NCBI GenBank assembly: GCA_963774265.1
Contig: CAVZDU010000008.1
Span: forward strand, 224,001-288,000
Source: an uncultured Chloroflexia bacterium
Lineage (GTDB): Bacteria > Chloroflexota > Anaerolineae > CG2-30-64-16
Reading direction: 5' to 3'
DNA: 64,000 bases
Every line of letters begins with the position of its first letter. Positions within the stretch are counted from its first letter, which is position 1. The position numbers were made by a program, and so were the translations under genes. The notes under the pieces are model-generated. The model searched no databases and had not been told where the DNA came from. It saw nothing but the letters and a program-made list of their open reading frames with translations. Below are positions 20,307 through 28,957 of this stretch, piece by piece.

Positions 20307-21587
20307 TTAGTTCGGCGTTCCGTCCGAACGCCGGAACGCCATGATATCCTGGCGCCATGCTGCTACGAGGGCATCCTCGGCCGGATCCCCGCTATCGTGG
20401 CGCACTCGCCATTTGCGCAGGGCCAGCTCGTTCTGTGCGTTGGCGATGCGCCGGCCCGATGCGCCGGGAAAACCCGGGATAACACGCACGCCCCAACCCA
20501 ATTCATCTTGGAGCAGGCGATATTCATCCGGCGTCACCGCGGTTCCGACCTCCTCGGCCAACTCCGCGCGGATCACGGCCCGTTCCCACCGGCCGCCTTC
20601 TTGTAGCAGCTCGAGCACCGCGGCATAGAACAGCCCCAATGTAAACAGCGCGCCGGTAGCCATGCTCAGCCACAAGGCGACAGAGGGCATCTGCGCCAGG
20701 GACGTATTCACAAAGCCGAGGAACATGCTGACCAGGCCGGCCACGCTGATCGTCAGCGTATTCTGCACCAAATGTGCGGCAAGCGCGAGGATCACAAACG
20801 CGATGGGAGTGAAGATCTTCATCCAGCGCGCAGAGGTCTGCCGGGCAAGCCCAAACCCCGCGCCCATGAGCGCACCAAAGAGGGTGTGCCCATTAAGCCC
20901 CAGGAAATAGAAACGCGCGGCAAGTTGCTGGCCGAACGCAAGAGTCCCCGTGCGCAGAAAACCATCGGTAATGTAGTAAGCCGTCTCCGCAACTACGAAG
21001 CCCAACCCAACAAGCGCGCCATAGATGATGCCATCGCGCACAGAATCGAACTCTGCACGCAGGAAGATGATCAGCAGCAGCAATGCCAGCACCTTGACCC
21101 CTTCCTCAAACAACGCTGGGACAATGGCGCGGCTGAAACTTAGCTTCAAGATCTCATCGCGGCCGATCTTCTCCAGGGGCAGGGTGGACTGGCTGAGGGG
21201 GTCGAACGAGCGCGCATCCGCAGGCGTCAAGCCCAGCCCTTGGAGCAATCCATTGCCCGCCGGACCCGCGATGAGGAGCGCCAGCCCGACACTAACCACG
21301 ACACCAAACAGAAAGATGCCGAAGAAGACCAAGGGCGTTTCGCGCTCATTGCGGTCCAGCCACCAGAGAAACCCAAGACCAGGCAAGGCGAGAGCCGCGG
21401 CAGCGAGCAGGGCCAGCAGGAAGATGCCCGGCGCGCGCGAAGGCTGTTGACCCAACCACAGGCCGTAACCGGCCAACCCGGCTGCAAGAAGGACGACCAG
21501 GATGGCCACAAAGGCGATGACGACCGGTGTTCTCCGCATGGGCGATGCGGAAATCGAACGCGCCAGAGATGGTGGTAGCTGCGGCAT
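20307..21587 (-). CDS. prsW: PrsW-family intramembrane glutamic protease
   Basis: EEGVK, GLGFVVAE and two His motifs (NGHTLF, AHLVQN); multiple TM helices. Confidence 0.85.
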   Translation of the reverse strand: MPQLPPSLARSISASPMRRTPVVIAFVAILVVLLAAGLAGYGLWLGQQPSRAPGIFLLALLAAAALALPGLGFLWWLDRNERETPLVFFGIFLFGVVVSVGLALLIAGPAGNGLLQGLGLTPADARSFDPLSQSTLPLEKIGRDEILKLSFSRAIVPALFEEGVKVLALLLLIIFLRAEFDSVRDGIIYGALVGLGFVVAETAYYITDGFLRTGTLAFGQQLAARFYFLGLNGHTLFGALMGAGFGLARQTSARWMKIFTPIAFVILALAAHLVQNTLTISVAGLVSMFLGFVNTSLAQMPSVALWLSMATGALFTLGLFYAAVLELLQEGGRWERAVIRAELAEEVGTAVTPDEYRLLQDELGWGVRVIPGFPGASGRRIANAQNELALRKWRVRHDSGDPAEDALVAAWRQDIMAFRRSDGTPN

Positions 21588-21777
21588 CCGATGCCCCCTC
21601 CGTCACTTGGGTCACAAACGTTGGTAGCAGTGAGTCATCGCACCAGTGCGGGGATAATATCACGACTGTGTGACGAGGGCAAGCGAATTTAACTCAGATA
21701 TCTTATGTAATGGTAAGTCGCATGGCACGTTGACTTAGCCTTGAATCGAGTCGCGCGCTTGCATCTTTCGGGAATGT

Positions 21778-22608
21778 ATGCTATATCTTTCACAATGGTG
21801 GGCAACAGCCCCAATTCGTCTTGCAAAGATGCAGATAATGGAAGACTTTCACGGATCAGAGTCTGGGGGTATCGCGCAGCCCGACTTGCGAATTTACCTG
21901 TTAGGACCCTCCTGGATCGCATGGCGGGACCAGTCACTCTCGATTCAGCGGCGCCAGGCGCGCGCGTTGCTCTATTGTCTCGCGGCCAAACGTGAGCCGG
22001 TTCCGCGCGACCAGATCTGTTTCGGCTTCTGGCCTGACGAATACGACGCTAAGTCACACCGTAACCTCAGCCATCTCCTGAGCCATCTGCGCAAGGCGCT
22101 TCCCGATCCCAGCGTACTGCGTAGTGTCAACGACATCCTGGAGTTGGATCCACAACGGGTGTGGTGCGATGCAGCCGAGTTCCGTGACGCTTGCACTGAT
22201 TTGGATGTGCGCAACTGGCAACGGCTTGAGCAGGCCGTTCAATTGTACCGCGGCCCATTTCTCTCCGGAATGTCTCTTCCTCACGCACCCGAGTTCGAAC
22301 TCTGGGTGAGCGGGCAGCGCAGCATGCATGAGCGCCTCCTGCTCGATGCAATTAAGGTGCTCATCGGTACAGAAACCACCCAGGTCGACTACGCTCGGGC
22401 TATCCAGTACGCGCGCATGTACCTGGGCGTGGATGAAATGGCGGAAGACATCCACCGACGCCTCATGGTGTTACATTTGCTGAACGGCGACCGCCCAGCC
22501 GCCCTGCAACAGTACCAGCGCTGCGTGGCCATTCTCAAGCGCGAGCTGGGCGTCGACCCTCTTCCCGAGACCCGCGCTATCTACGAGGCCATCCGCCACC
22601 AGGCCTGA
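21778..22608 (+). CDS. SARP/AfsR-type transcriptional activator (wHTH + BTAD); start may be 21838
   Basis: LRIYLLG, ALLYCLA, WPD, AVQLYRGPFL and ELGVDPLPET motifs. Confidence 0.88.
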   Translation: MLYLSQWWATAPIRLAKMQIMEDFHGSESGGIAQPDLRIYLLGPSWIAWRDQSLSIQRRQARALLYCLAAKREPVPRDQICFGFWPDEYDAKSHRNLSHLLSHLRKALPDPSVLRSVNDILELDPQRVWCDAAEFRDACTDLDVRNWQRLEQAVQLYRGPFLSGMSLPHAPEFELWVSGQRSMHERLLLDAIKVLIGTETTQVDYARAIQYARMYLGVDEMAEDIHRRLMVLHLLNGDRPAALQQYQRCVAILKRELGVDPLPETRAIYEAIRHQA

Positions 22609-22705
22609 AAAATCGATCTGAACCTCCACCGTGATGGCTTGGGATGTCCCTGAACCCGAGGTGCAACCTCAGCCGTCACTGCGCGTAATCCCCACGCCTC
22701 GCTCC

Positions 22706-22837
22706 GTAGACATTTTGTAGACGTTTTGTAGCCAGCCCGTGGTCGTCCCGTTACCTTGCTGTAGTCATTTTGTAGCTCCTTCGTAGTCAAATCGTCGCCA
22801 TTTCGGAGATGTTGTGGAGCCATCTCGCGGACGGTTT
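22706..22837. repeat. Array of about 12 imperfect tandem 11-bp units (GTAGnCATTTT-like)
   Basis: Units start every 11 bp from 22706 to 22827 (gtagacatttt, gtagacgtttt, gtagccagccc, gtggtcgtccc, gttaccttgct, gtagtcatttt, gtagctccttc, gtagtcaaatc, gtcgccatttc...). Confidence 0.8.
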
Positions 22838-22913
22838 GGACCTCCTCAAGCGCGACACTAACATCGACATGCGTGCACGTCCCTGTTGTCGCGGTCATAT
22901 TCGGGAGGTCGCC

Positions 22914-23324
22914 GTGAGAACGCCCCTTCCTCTGTCTCACTCCAATGCAACCCGGGCGATCAGGTCAAACCCCGGTTTGGCACGTTGGGGCGCCATCTTC
23001 CACATCACCAGGGAACGCCGGCAAGTTCTCCTGGACAGGCTCGCCGCGTTCGCAGTGCTCCTCCTGGTTCTGGCCACGCTCACAATGTTTGCCCTGTATG
23101 TGGCGCACGAATTACCTGGCTGGCGCGCAGGGCAGATCAGCGGCTTTGAAAGCATGTCGGCGCCCGCCATGTCAGACAGTCTTCTATCCGCAGCGCCCAC
23201 TTCCGCTGCTCAGACGACCACTCTGAGTCGAGTTCCGCTGGTGCTGATTTCGATAGCTATAGAGATGGCGATCTTCGTCGGGCTAGGCCTTTATCTGCGT
23301 CATGAAATGAATCGATTGCCCTGA
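22914..23324 (+). CDS. Hypothetical two-TM membrane protein
   Basis: GGAGG RBS before GTG 22914; two hydrophobic helices flank a Ser/Ala/Thr-rich linker. Confidence 0.6.
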   Translation: MRTPLPLSHSNATRAIRSNPGLARWGAIFHITRERRQVLLDRLAAFAVLLLVLATLTMFALYVAHELPGWRAGQISGFESMSAPAMSDSLLSAAPTSAAQTTTLSRVPLVLISIAIEMAIFVGLGLYLRHEMNRLP

Positions 23325-23520
23325 CCGTGCTTGAGTGCAGCCCTCGGCCGCGATTTCTGGTCGACCTGCGCCACCCCATCACGATAGTTGAACACTTCAG
23401 CCAAGGCCAACACCTCCGTCGCTCCACCACGACCTTCATCCGCGTTCACACGAACTAGATCGTCCGAACGGGGTCATCATCCTCAAAGAAAATGCGGCGC
23501 TTCGTGCTATAATACACGCT

Positions 23521-25572
23521 ATGGACGCCGTTGCCTGGTTCTTTACACAGAATTTAGTTTTCGTTTACTTCTTCTACGGGCTTGCGTTCTTCGGTCTCGG
23601 GCTGGTTGTGTTGCTCGAGTCGGGCCGCGCGTCGGAGTTCCGCTTTGCACGCGCGCTGCGTCCCCTGGCATGGTTTGGTCTGGTGCACGGGGCGCACGAG
23701 TGGTTCGAGATGTTCCAAATTTTCGCGGCTGGGCGAAGCAATTATAGCCCGGGGCTTGTCGAAGAGATCATTCGCCTGGGCACGCTACTTCTATCTTTCG
23801 TGCTGCTGCTCGTCTTCGGCACGCGGCTGCTGCCTGGCGCCGAGAATCACCCGAAGGCCAGCAACTTGCAGGTGCTCACCATGGCCCTGCTCTGGCTCCT
23901 GGCGGTAGGTTTCGTCGCCTGGCGCTACCGGCCCGATCTCAAACAACTTTTCGTCGCCGCCGATGTGCTGGCCCGGTACAGTCTCGCCATACCCGGTTCA
24001 CTGCTCGCGTCATGGGCGCTTCTCCGCGAGCGCCACGACTTCCACGCACGCGGCATGAGCCAGTATGGCGGCTCTCTGCTATGGGCAGGCCTGGCATTCG
24101 CCGTGTATGGGGTGATTGGCCAGATCTTTGTCAAGTCGAGCCTGGTTTTCCCCTCCCAGACGGTCAACACCGCGCTTTTCATCCGCACCTTTGGCTTCCC
24201 GGTGCAGCTGTTGCGTGCCATGGCGGCCGCGGGCCTTACCTTTCACCTAGGCAAGGCACTTCGTGCGTTCGAAGCCGAGAGCCGGATCCGTCTCGCGCGC
24301 GCAAACAAGGCTCGAATCGAGGCCCAGGCCGCTGCGCTGGCCGAACAGCAACGCCGGGTAGACGAGGTCCAGGCGCTGAACACGGTGCTCCAGGCAACGA
24401 CTAGCGAATTGGCCTCGCTGGTCGATATGTCCCGCATCCTCTCATCCGCACTGGATCTCAGGCAGATTTCAGGCGCAGCGCTGAGGCACGTTGTCCATAG
24501 CTTCGAGCGTGGCTGCTGCGCAGTCGTCTTCCTGCGCAGGCCTGATGGCGGCTATGAACTACTCCGTGCTTATCGGCGACCCCAGGCGCCCATGCCGGCG
24601 ATCCCGCCGCCGGTGACTGAATTGAGCGTACACGCCACCGAAGCTTCCGGCCCCGTGGGTGCAGGACTGGACGGCCACGTGGTCGTTCTCGGACCAGACG
24701 GCTTCGCGGGGGGAAAGCGCTATCGATCGCTCGGTGTACCATTGAACGCCAAGGGGCAAACCTTCGGCGCGCTGGCACTGTCGTCGGCGCACGAAGAGGA
24801 ACCGTTGGGCAGCGACGAGCTGCGTCTGCTCACGGCATTCGGACAGCAGTTCGCCACGGCCATCGATAATGTGCGACTCCACCAAGTGGTGCAAGAGCGC
24901 GAGACCCAACTCGAGGAATTGGTGCGCAAGTTGGTCCACGCACAGGAGGATGAACGGCAGCGCATTGCGCGCGAACTACACGACGAAACCGGGCAAAAGC
25001 TGACCGCATTGGGAATGGGTCTGGCCGCTGTGGAAACCACCCTCAGCACGGGCGATCTGATTCGCACCAACGGTCTGCTTCGCAATCTGCGCGAAATGAG
25101 CGATCAGGCCATTACCGAGCTGCGCAATATCATGGCCAATCTGCGGCCCGCGCAACTCGACGACCTGGGCCTCGCACCGGCCCTGCGCTGGTACTTAAGT
25201 CAACACCAGGCGCGCTACCCGACCACCCACGTGCAGCTGAATATTGAAAAACTGCCTGGTCGCTTGCCTCCCGAACACGAAACGATACTATTCCGGGTAG
25301 TTCAGGAGGCCCTGACAAACATACAGCGGCACGCGCAGGCCACCCAAGTTAGTCTGAATCTGGCGCAAAATCGTTCTTCCGTACGGTTGGAGATGATCGA
25401 CAATGGTGTGGGTTTCGATCCGAAGCAGCCGCCTCGCCACGAACCCGGGTCTGGGCTGGGCTTACCGGGCATGCGTGAACGCGTTGCGTTGGTGAACGGC
25501 CGGCTGGAGGTCGACTCGGCGCCTGGCAAAGGCACGCGCATCGTGGTGGAGCTGCCATTGCGTGAGGTGTAG
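23521..25572 (+). CDS. Membrane sensor histidine kinase (multi-TM sensor, GAF, HisKA_3, HATPase)
   Basis: ERQRIARELHDETGQ, VQEALTNI, DNGVGF and GLGLPGMRER motifs. Confidence 0.93.
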   Translation: MDAVAWFFTQNLVFVYFFYGLAFFGLGLVVLLESGRASEFRFARALRPLAWFGLVHGAHEWFEMFQIFAAGRSNYSPGLVEEIIRLGTLLLSFVLLLVFGTRLLPGAENHPKASNLQVLTMALLWLLAVGFVAWRYRPDLKQLFVAADVLARYSLAIPGSLLASWALLRERHDFHARGMSQYGGSLLWAGLAFAVYGVIGQIFVKSSLVFPSQTVNTALFIRTFGFPVQLLRAMAAAGLTFHLGKALRAFEAESRIRLARANKARIEAQAAALAEQQRRVDEVQALNTVLQATTSELASLVDMSRILSSALDLRQISGAALRHVVHSFERGCCAVVFLRRPDGGYELLRAYRRPQAPMPAIPPPVTELSVHATEASGPVGAGLDGHVVVLGPDGFAGGKRYRSLGVPLNAKGQTFGALALSSAHEEEPLGSDELRLLTAFGQQFATAIDNVRLHQVVQERETQLEELVRKLVHAQEDERQRIARELHDETGQKLTALGMGLAAVETTLSTGDLIRTNGLLRNLREMSDQAITELRNIMANLRPAQLDDLGLAPALRWYLSQHQARYPTTHVQLNIEKLPGRLPPEHETILFRVVQEALTNIQRHAQATQVSLNLAQNRSSVRLEMIDNGVGFDPKQPPRHEPGSGLGLPGMRERVALVNGRLEVDSAPGKGTRIVVELPLREV

Positions 25573-25609
25573 GTTTGGTTCTGAAGGAACACTTCGTTGA
25601 GAGGACAAC

Positions 25610-26275
25610 ATGGCGCACACGCGAGTCTTACTAGTCGACGATCACGCCGTCGTGCGCGCCGGGCTGCGAATGCTGCTCGCGGCCGACGCGGAACTAGAGA
25701 TCATCGGGGAGGCCGAGAACGGGGCGCAAGGCATCCAGAGGGCCGATGAGTTGCAGCCCGACGTGGTGCTAATGGACATCTCCATGCCCGACATGAACGG
25801 GATCGAGGCGACGCGCCGTATCAAGGCGCAACACCCCGAGATCGCCGTGCTCGCCCTCACCATGCATGAAGATGACCAGTACTTCTTCGAGATGTTGGCT
25901 GCAGGGGCTTCCGGCTATGTACCCAAAAGGGCCGCGCCCAACGACCTCATCAGCGCGATTCATGCGGTGCGCGGGGGCGGCATGTTCCTGTTCCCATCGC
26001 TGGCGCGGTCACTGGTGCAGGACTACCTCCACCGCCACGAGCAACCCGGCACTGAAGCAACCCCGAAAGGTTTTGAAGATCTCACAGATCGCGAACGCGA
26101 GGTGCTGGCGCTCATCGCGGAAGGCCGCTCGAACCAGGACATCGCCGACGCGCTAGTGATCAGCATTAAGACGGTCAACCGTCACCGCGAGAATATCATG
26201 GCCAAACTAAACCTGCACAGCCGGGTCGAGTTGGTCCGTTACGCCATCGAAAAGGGACTTATTGATCTCAAGTAG
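25610..26275 (+). CDS. NarL/LuxR-family response regulator
   Basis: VDDH and MDISMP receiver motifs; LTDREREVL...SIKTVNRHR HTH. Confidence 0.95.
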   Translation: MAHTRVLLVDDHAVVRAGLRMLLAADAELEIIGEAENGAQGIQRADELQPDVVLMDISMPDMNGIEATRRIKAQHPEIAVLALTMHEDDQYFFEMLAAGASGYVPKRAAPNDLISAIHAVRGGGMFLFPSLARSLVQDYLHRHEQPGTEATPKGFEDLTDREREVLALIAEGRSNQDIADALVISIKTVNRHRENIMAKLNLHSRVELVRYAIEKGLIDLK

Positions 26276-26388
26276 CTCCTGACACCACGTCACCTAGTCC
26301 CACTTGTGGGTGATGCATGTTCTCTGCGCCCTCCGCGTCCTAAACGGAGCACCCCTTGTGAACTGTGATCGACCAGCATCCCCCACGC

Positions 26389-26459
26389 GTGGGTAATCCA
26401 CCCCATGCCCAAGATGGGTATACCACCCGATTTATTTCCCTCTCTCCCGGTGCTAAGCT
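26389..26459 (+). promoter_or_regulatory. Two 18-bp repeated operator-like boxes plus an extended -10
   Basis: GTGGGTAATCCACCCCAT (26389) and ATGGGTATACCACCCGAT (26414) are 14/18 identical; TGcTAAGCT at 26451-26459. Confidence 0.5.
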
Positions 26460-26529
26460 AGAGCCAGATCGTGAAGCAGTATGCGTAGGGGTAAGTCCGG
26501 AAGGACGTTCCCATATGAGGAGAAGCCCC

Positions 26530-26646
26530 ATGGAAACTCTCGTCATGTTGCTCGGTGTGGTGCTCCGGCTGGCAATTCCGCTGGGGCTGTTGACCGTTCT
26601 AAGTACGGGTATGCGCCGCTGGGATTCCCAGCGCAGCCATGCCTGA
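26530..26646 (+). CDS. 38-aa single-TM microprotein (LRLAIP motif)
   Basis: GAGGAG RBS; METLVMLLGVVLRLAIPLGLLTVLSTGMRRWDSQRSHA resembles the N-termini of two downstream genes. Confidence 0.7.
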   Translation: METLVMLLGVVLRLAIPLGLLTVLSTGMRRWDSQRSHA

Positions 26647-26671
26647 TCCAGAAGGATCAAGGGAGGAAGCC

Positions 26672-27160
26672 ATGATTTCTTTCACTGACATCGCCGTCGT
26701 ACTGGGCATGATGTTCCTACGCGTGGGTGTTCCCGCCCTGGTCGTCGTTGCGCTAGCCTACGGACTCAAGCGGCTCGATAAGCGTTGGGAGGCCGAGGCG
26801 CGTGAGGAACAAGCCAGGATGGTCGACCACGAGGTGCAGCCCACTGTGCCGGTCGCGCCGGTCCGCCGACCTTCGAAGCAGCCGACTCCTCGGCCGTTGC
26901 CCTTCATCCCGCCGCCGGCCGTCAATAAGGAACAGCGCCCCGGTGTGTATCTCCAGCCAGGCCTGGTAGCTCCTGTGGGCCTGTCCGCTGCGTCCAAGCA
27001 TTGCTGGGACGAGAAGGGTTGCAGCGACACCAAGAAGGCATCCTGCGCGGCTCCAGGTCACCCCGATCAGCCGTGCTGGCAAGCACGGTTCAACGCCGAA
27101 GGGCAAGTGCCCGAAGAATGCGTGGGTTGCGATATCTTCCAACACCTGCCAACGATGTAG
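26672..27160 (+). CDS. Membrane-anchored protein with a C-terminal Cys-rich (two-CW-like) domain
   Basis: GGAGG RBS; TM segment with LRVGVP; Pro-rich linker; CW..C..C..CW..CxxC. Confidence 0.75.
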   Translation: MISFTDIAVVLGMMFLRVGVPALVVVALAYGLKRLDKRWEAEAREEQARMVDHEVQPTVPVAPVRRPSKQPTPRPLPFIPPPAVNKEQRPGVYLQPGLVAPVGLSAASKHCWDEKGCSDTKKASCAAPGHPDQPCWQARFNAEGQVPEECVGCDIFQHLPTM

Positions 27161-27184
27161 ACCGCACGGCCGAGGAGAACAACG

Positions 27185-28051
27185 ATGATGCATCGCATGT
27201 TGAACCGAAGTTGGCTGGTCGTTGTCCCGACCGTACTGCTCCTGATACTGGCGCTCGGATTGACCAGCACGTCAAAGGCAGCCCCTGCAGCGGGTATGGT
27301 CAATCCGCAAGCCCAGACACCCGAGACACCGGTTTGCGCGACATGTCACGCCCAGGAAGAGACGGAATGGCAGGCGAGCCCCCACGCGAAGGCGGGCGCG
27401 ACCTGCGAATCGTGCCACGGCGCATACAAAGAGGGGCACCCCGCAGGGGAAACCATGACGCTGCCGATGGAGTCGGAGACATGTCAAACGTGCCACACGG
27501 ATGCCTTCAATCAGTGGGAGGCCAGCGCCCATACGGTTGTTGGCGTGGACTGCTTTGACTGTCACAAGGCTCACACCCAGGGCCTGCGCATCGAACCCCT
27601 GGAAAAACTGTGTTCAGCCTGCCACACCAAGGAAGAGACCCAGTTGGCACATGGGATCCACGGAATCAGTGGTATTGCATGCGCGAGCTGCCACATGAGC
27701 CAACAATTGAAGGCCGATGCGAAGGATAGCACCGACAAGATAAGCAACCATACCTTCACCGTCGCTTCCGACGTGTGCGCTCGCTGCCATACAAATGCTA
27801 TTCATGGTGCTGAGAGCGCAACCAAGGCGACGACCGAGACTCAGGCCGAAACCGAAGCCGCGGCCCTCGAGCGCCAGGACCGCCGTGTGGCCGAGTTGGA
27901 GCAGCAGGTAATGGATTCCTCGCAACAAGTCGAGCGCCTACAGAATCTTGCGATCATTGGCATGGGTCTGGCACTCGGAGTCGGCGGGATGGTTGGCCTG
28001 GTCATCGGCGTGGCAGTAATGACCCTGATAAGCAGGAGAAAGCAGTCATGA
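27185..28051 (+). CDS. Heptaheme cytochrome c with C-terminal membrane anchor
   Basis: Signal peptide; seven CxxCH (CATCH, CESCH, CQTCH, CFDCH, CSACH, CASCH, CARCH); coiled coil and C-terminal TM. Confidence 0.92.
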   Translation: MMHRMLNRSWLVVVPTVLLLILALGLTSTSKAAPAAGMVNPQAQTPETPVCATCHAQEETEWQASPHAKAGATCESCHGAYKEGHPAGETMTLPMESETCQTCHTDAFNQWEASAHTVVGVDCFDCHKAHTQGLRIEPLEKLCSACHTKEETQLAHGIHGISGIACASCHMSQQLKADAKDSTDKISNHTFTVASDVCARCHTNAIHGAESATKATTETQAETEAAALERQDRRVAELEQQVMDSSQQVERLQNLAIIGMGLALGVGGMVGLVIGVAVMTLISRRKQS

Positions 28052-28944
28052 GTAACAGAGTCTCGCGACGCCAATTCTTGAAGCTGTCAGCCGCGGCGAT
28101 GGGCGGCGCAGCACTCGCAGGGAATGCAGCGCTGCCTGCCGGCGCCTCGTCGGGCGTTGACCCGGCCAAGGTGCCCAGTATGCTCATCGACATCAGCCGC
28201 TGCGTGGGTTGTGGCAACTGCCAGAGGTCGTGCATCGAAGCCAACAATCTGCATCCGACAACCGAGCAGGTGAAAAAACTGACCTGTGAGAACCTCACCT
28301 ACCTGGAGAAGGTCGAGCTCGAAGGCGGCAAGACTCGCTACGTAAAGCGACAGTGCATGCACTGCCTGGACGCGGCATGCGCCTCAGCGTGTCCGGTGGT
28401 CGCACTCCATCAAACCGTGGAAGGACCCATCGCCTATCGAGCCAACCGCTGCTTGGGATGCCGGATGTGCATGGTCGCTTGCCCATTCGGTGTGCCGACC
28501 TTCGAATGGAACGACGGGCTGACGCCCGAGATCCGCAAGTGCATGTTCTGCATCGAACGCCAACGAGAAGGTGAGCTGCCAGCATGCGTCTCGAATTGCC
28601 CATCGGGCGCATTGAAATTCGGCACAAGAGATGAGCTACTGCAAGAAGCGCATGCTCGCATTGCAGCTAACCCCGACCATTACGTCAATCACGTCTTCGG
28701 TGAGCACGAAGCGGGGGGGACCGCCTGGCTGTATATTTCGGACACACCGTTCGAGATGCTTGGCTTCCGCACCGATGTGACTCAGCGCGAAGTGCCCGCT
28801 TACACATGGGACATTATGTCGAAACTCCCGGCCGTGGTGGGCAGCCTGGCTGTGGTGCTGACTGGGGCTTCGATAATGACGCGAAAGAAGAACGGCCACC
28901 ACGACGACACTCCGCCGTGGGAGCGCGAGGAAGAACACAAGTAA
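28048..28944 (+). CDS. Tat-exported 4x[4Fe-4S] protein (HybA/NrfC-like)
   Basis: SRRQFLK twin-arginine signal; four ferredoxin Cys clusters; GEHEAGGT; C-terminal TM. Confidence 0.92.
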   Translation: MSNRVSRRQFLKLSAAAMGGAALAGNAALPAGASSGVDPAKVPSMLIDISRCVGCGNCQRSCIEANNLHPTTEQVKKLTCENLTYLEKVELEGGKTRYVKRQCMHCLDAACASACPVVALHQTVEGPIAYRANRCLGCRMCMVACPFGVPTFEWNDGLTPEIRKCMFCIERQREGELPACVSNCPSGALKFGTRDELLQEAHARIAANPDHYVNHVFGEHEAGGTAWLYISDTPFEMLGFRTDVTQREVPAYTWDIMSKLPAVVGSLAVVLTGASIMTRKKNGHHDDTPPWEREEEHK

Positions 28945-28957
28945 AGGGAGCAGAACG

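Noticed and set aside
22706-22837. CRISPR array
   Set aside because: The units are 11 bp, contiguous and degenerate, with no spacers and no cas genes.
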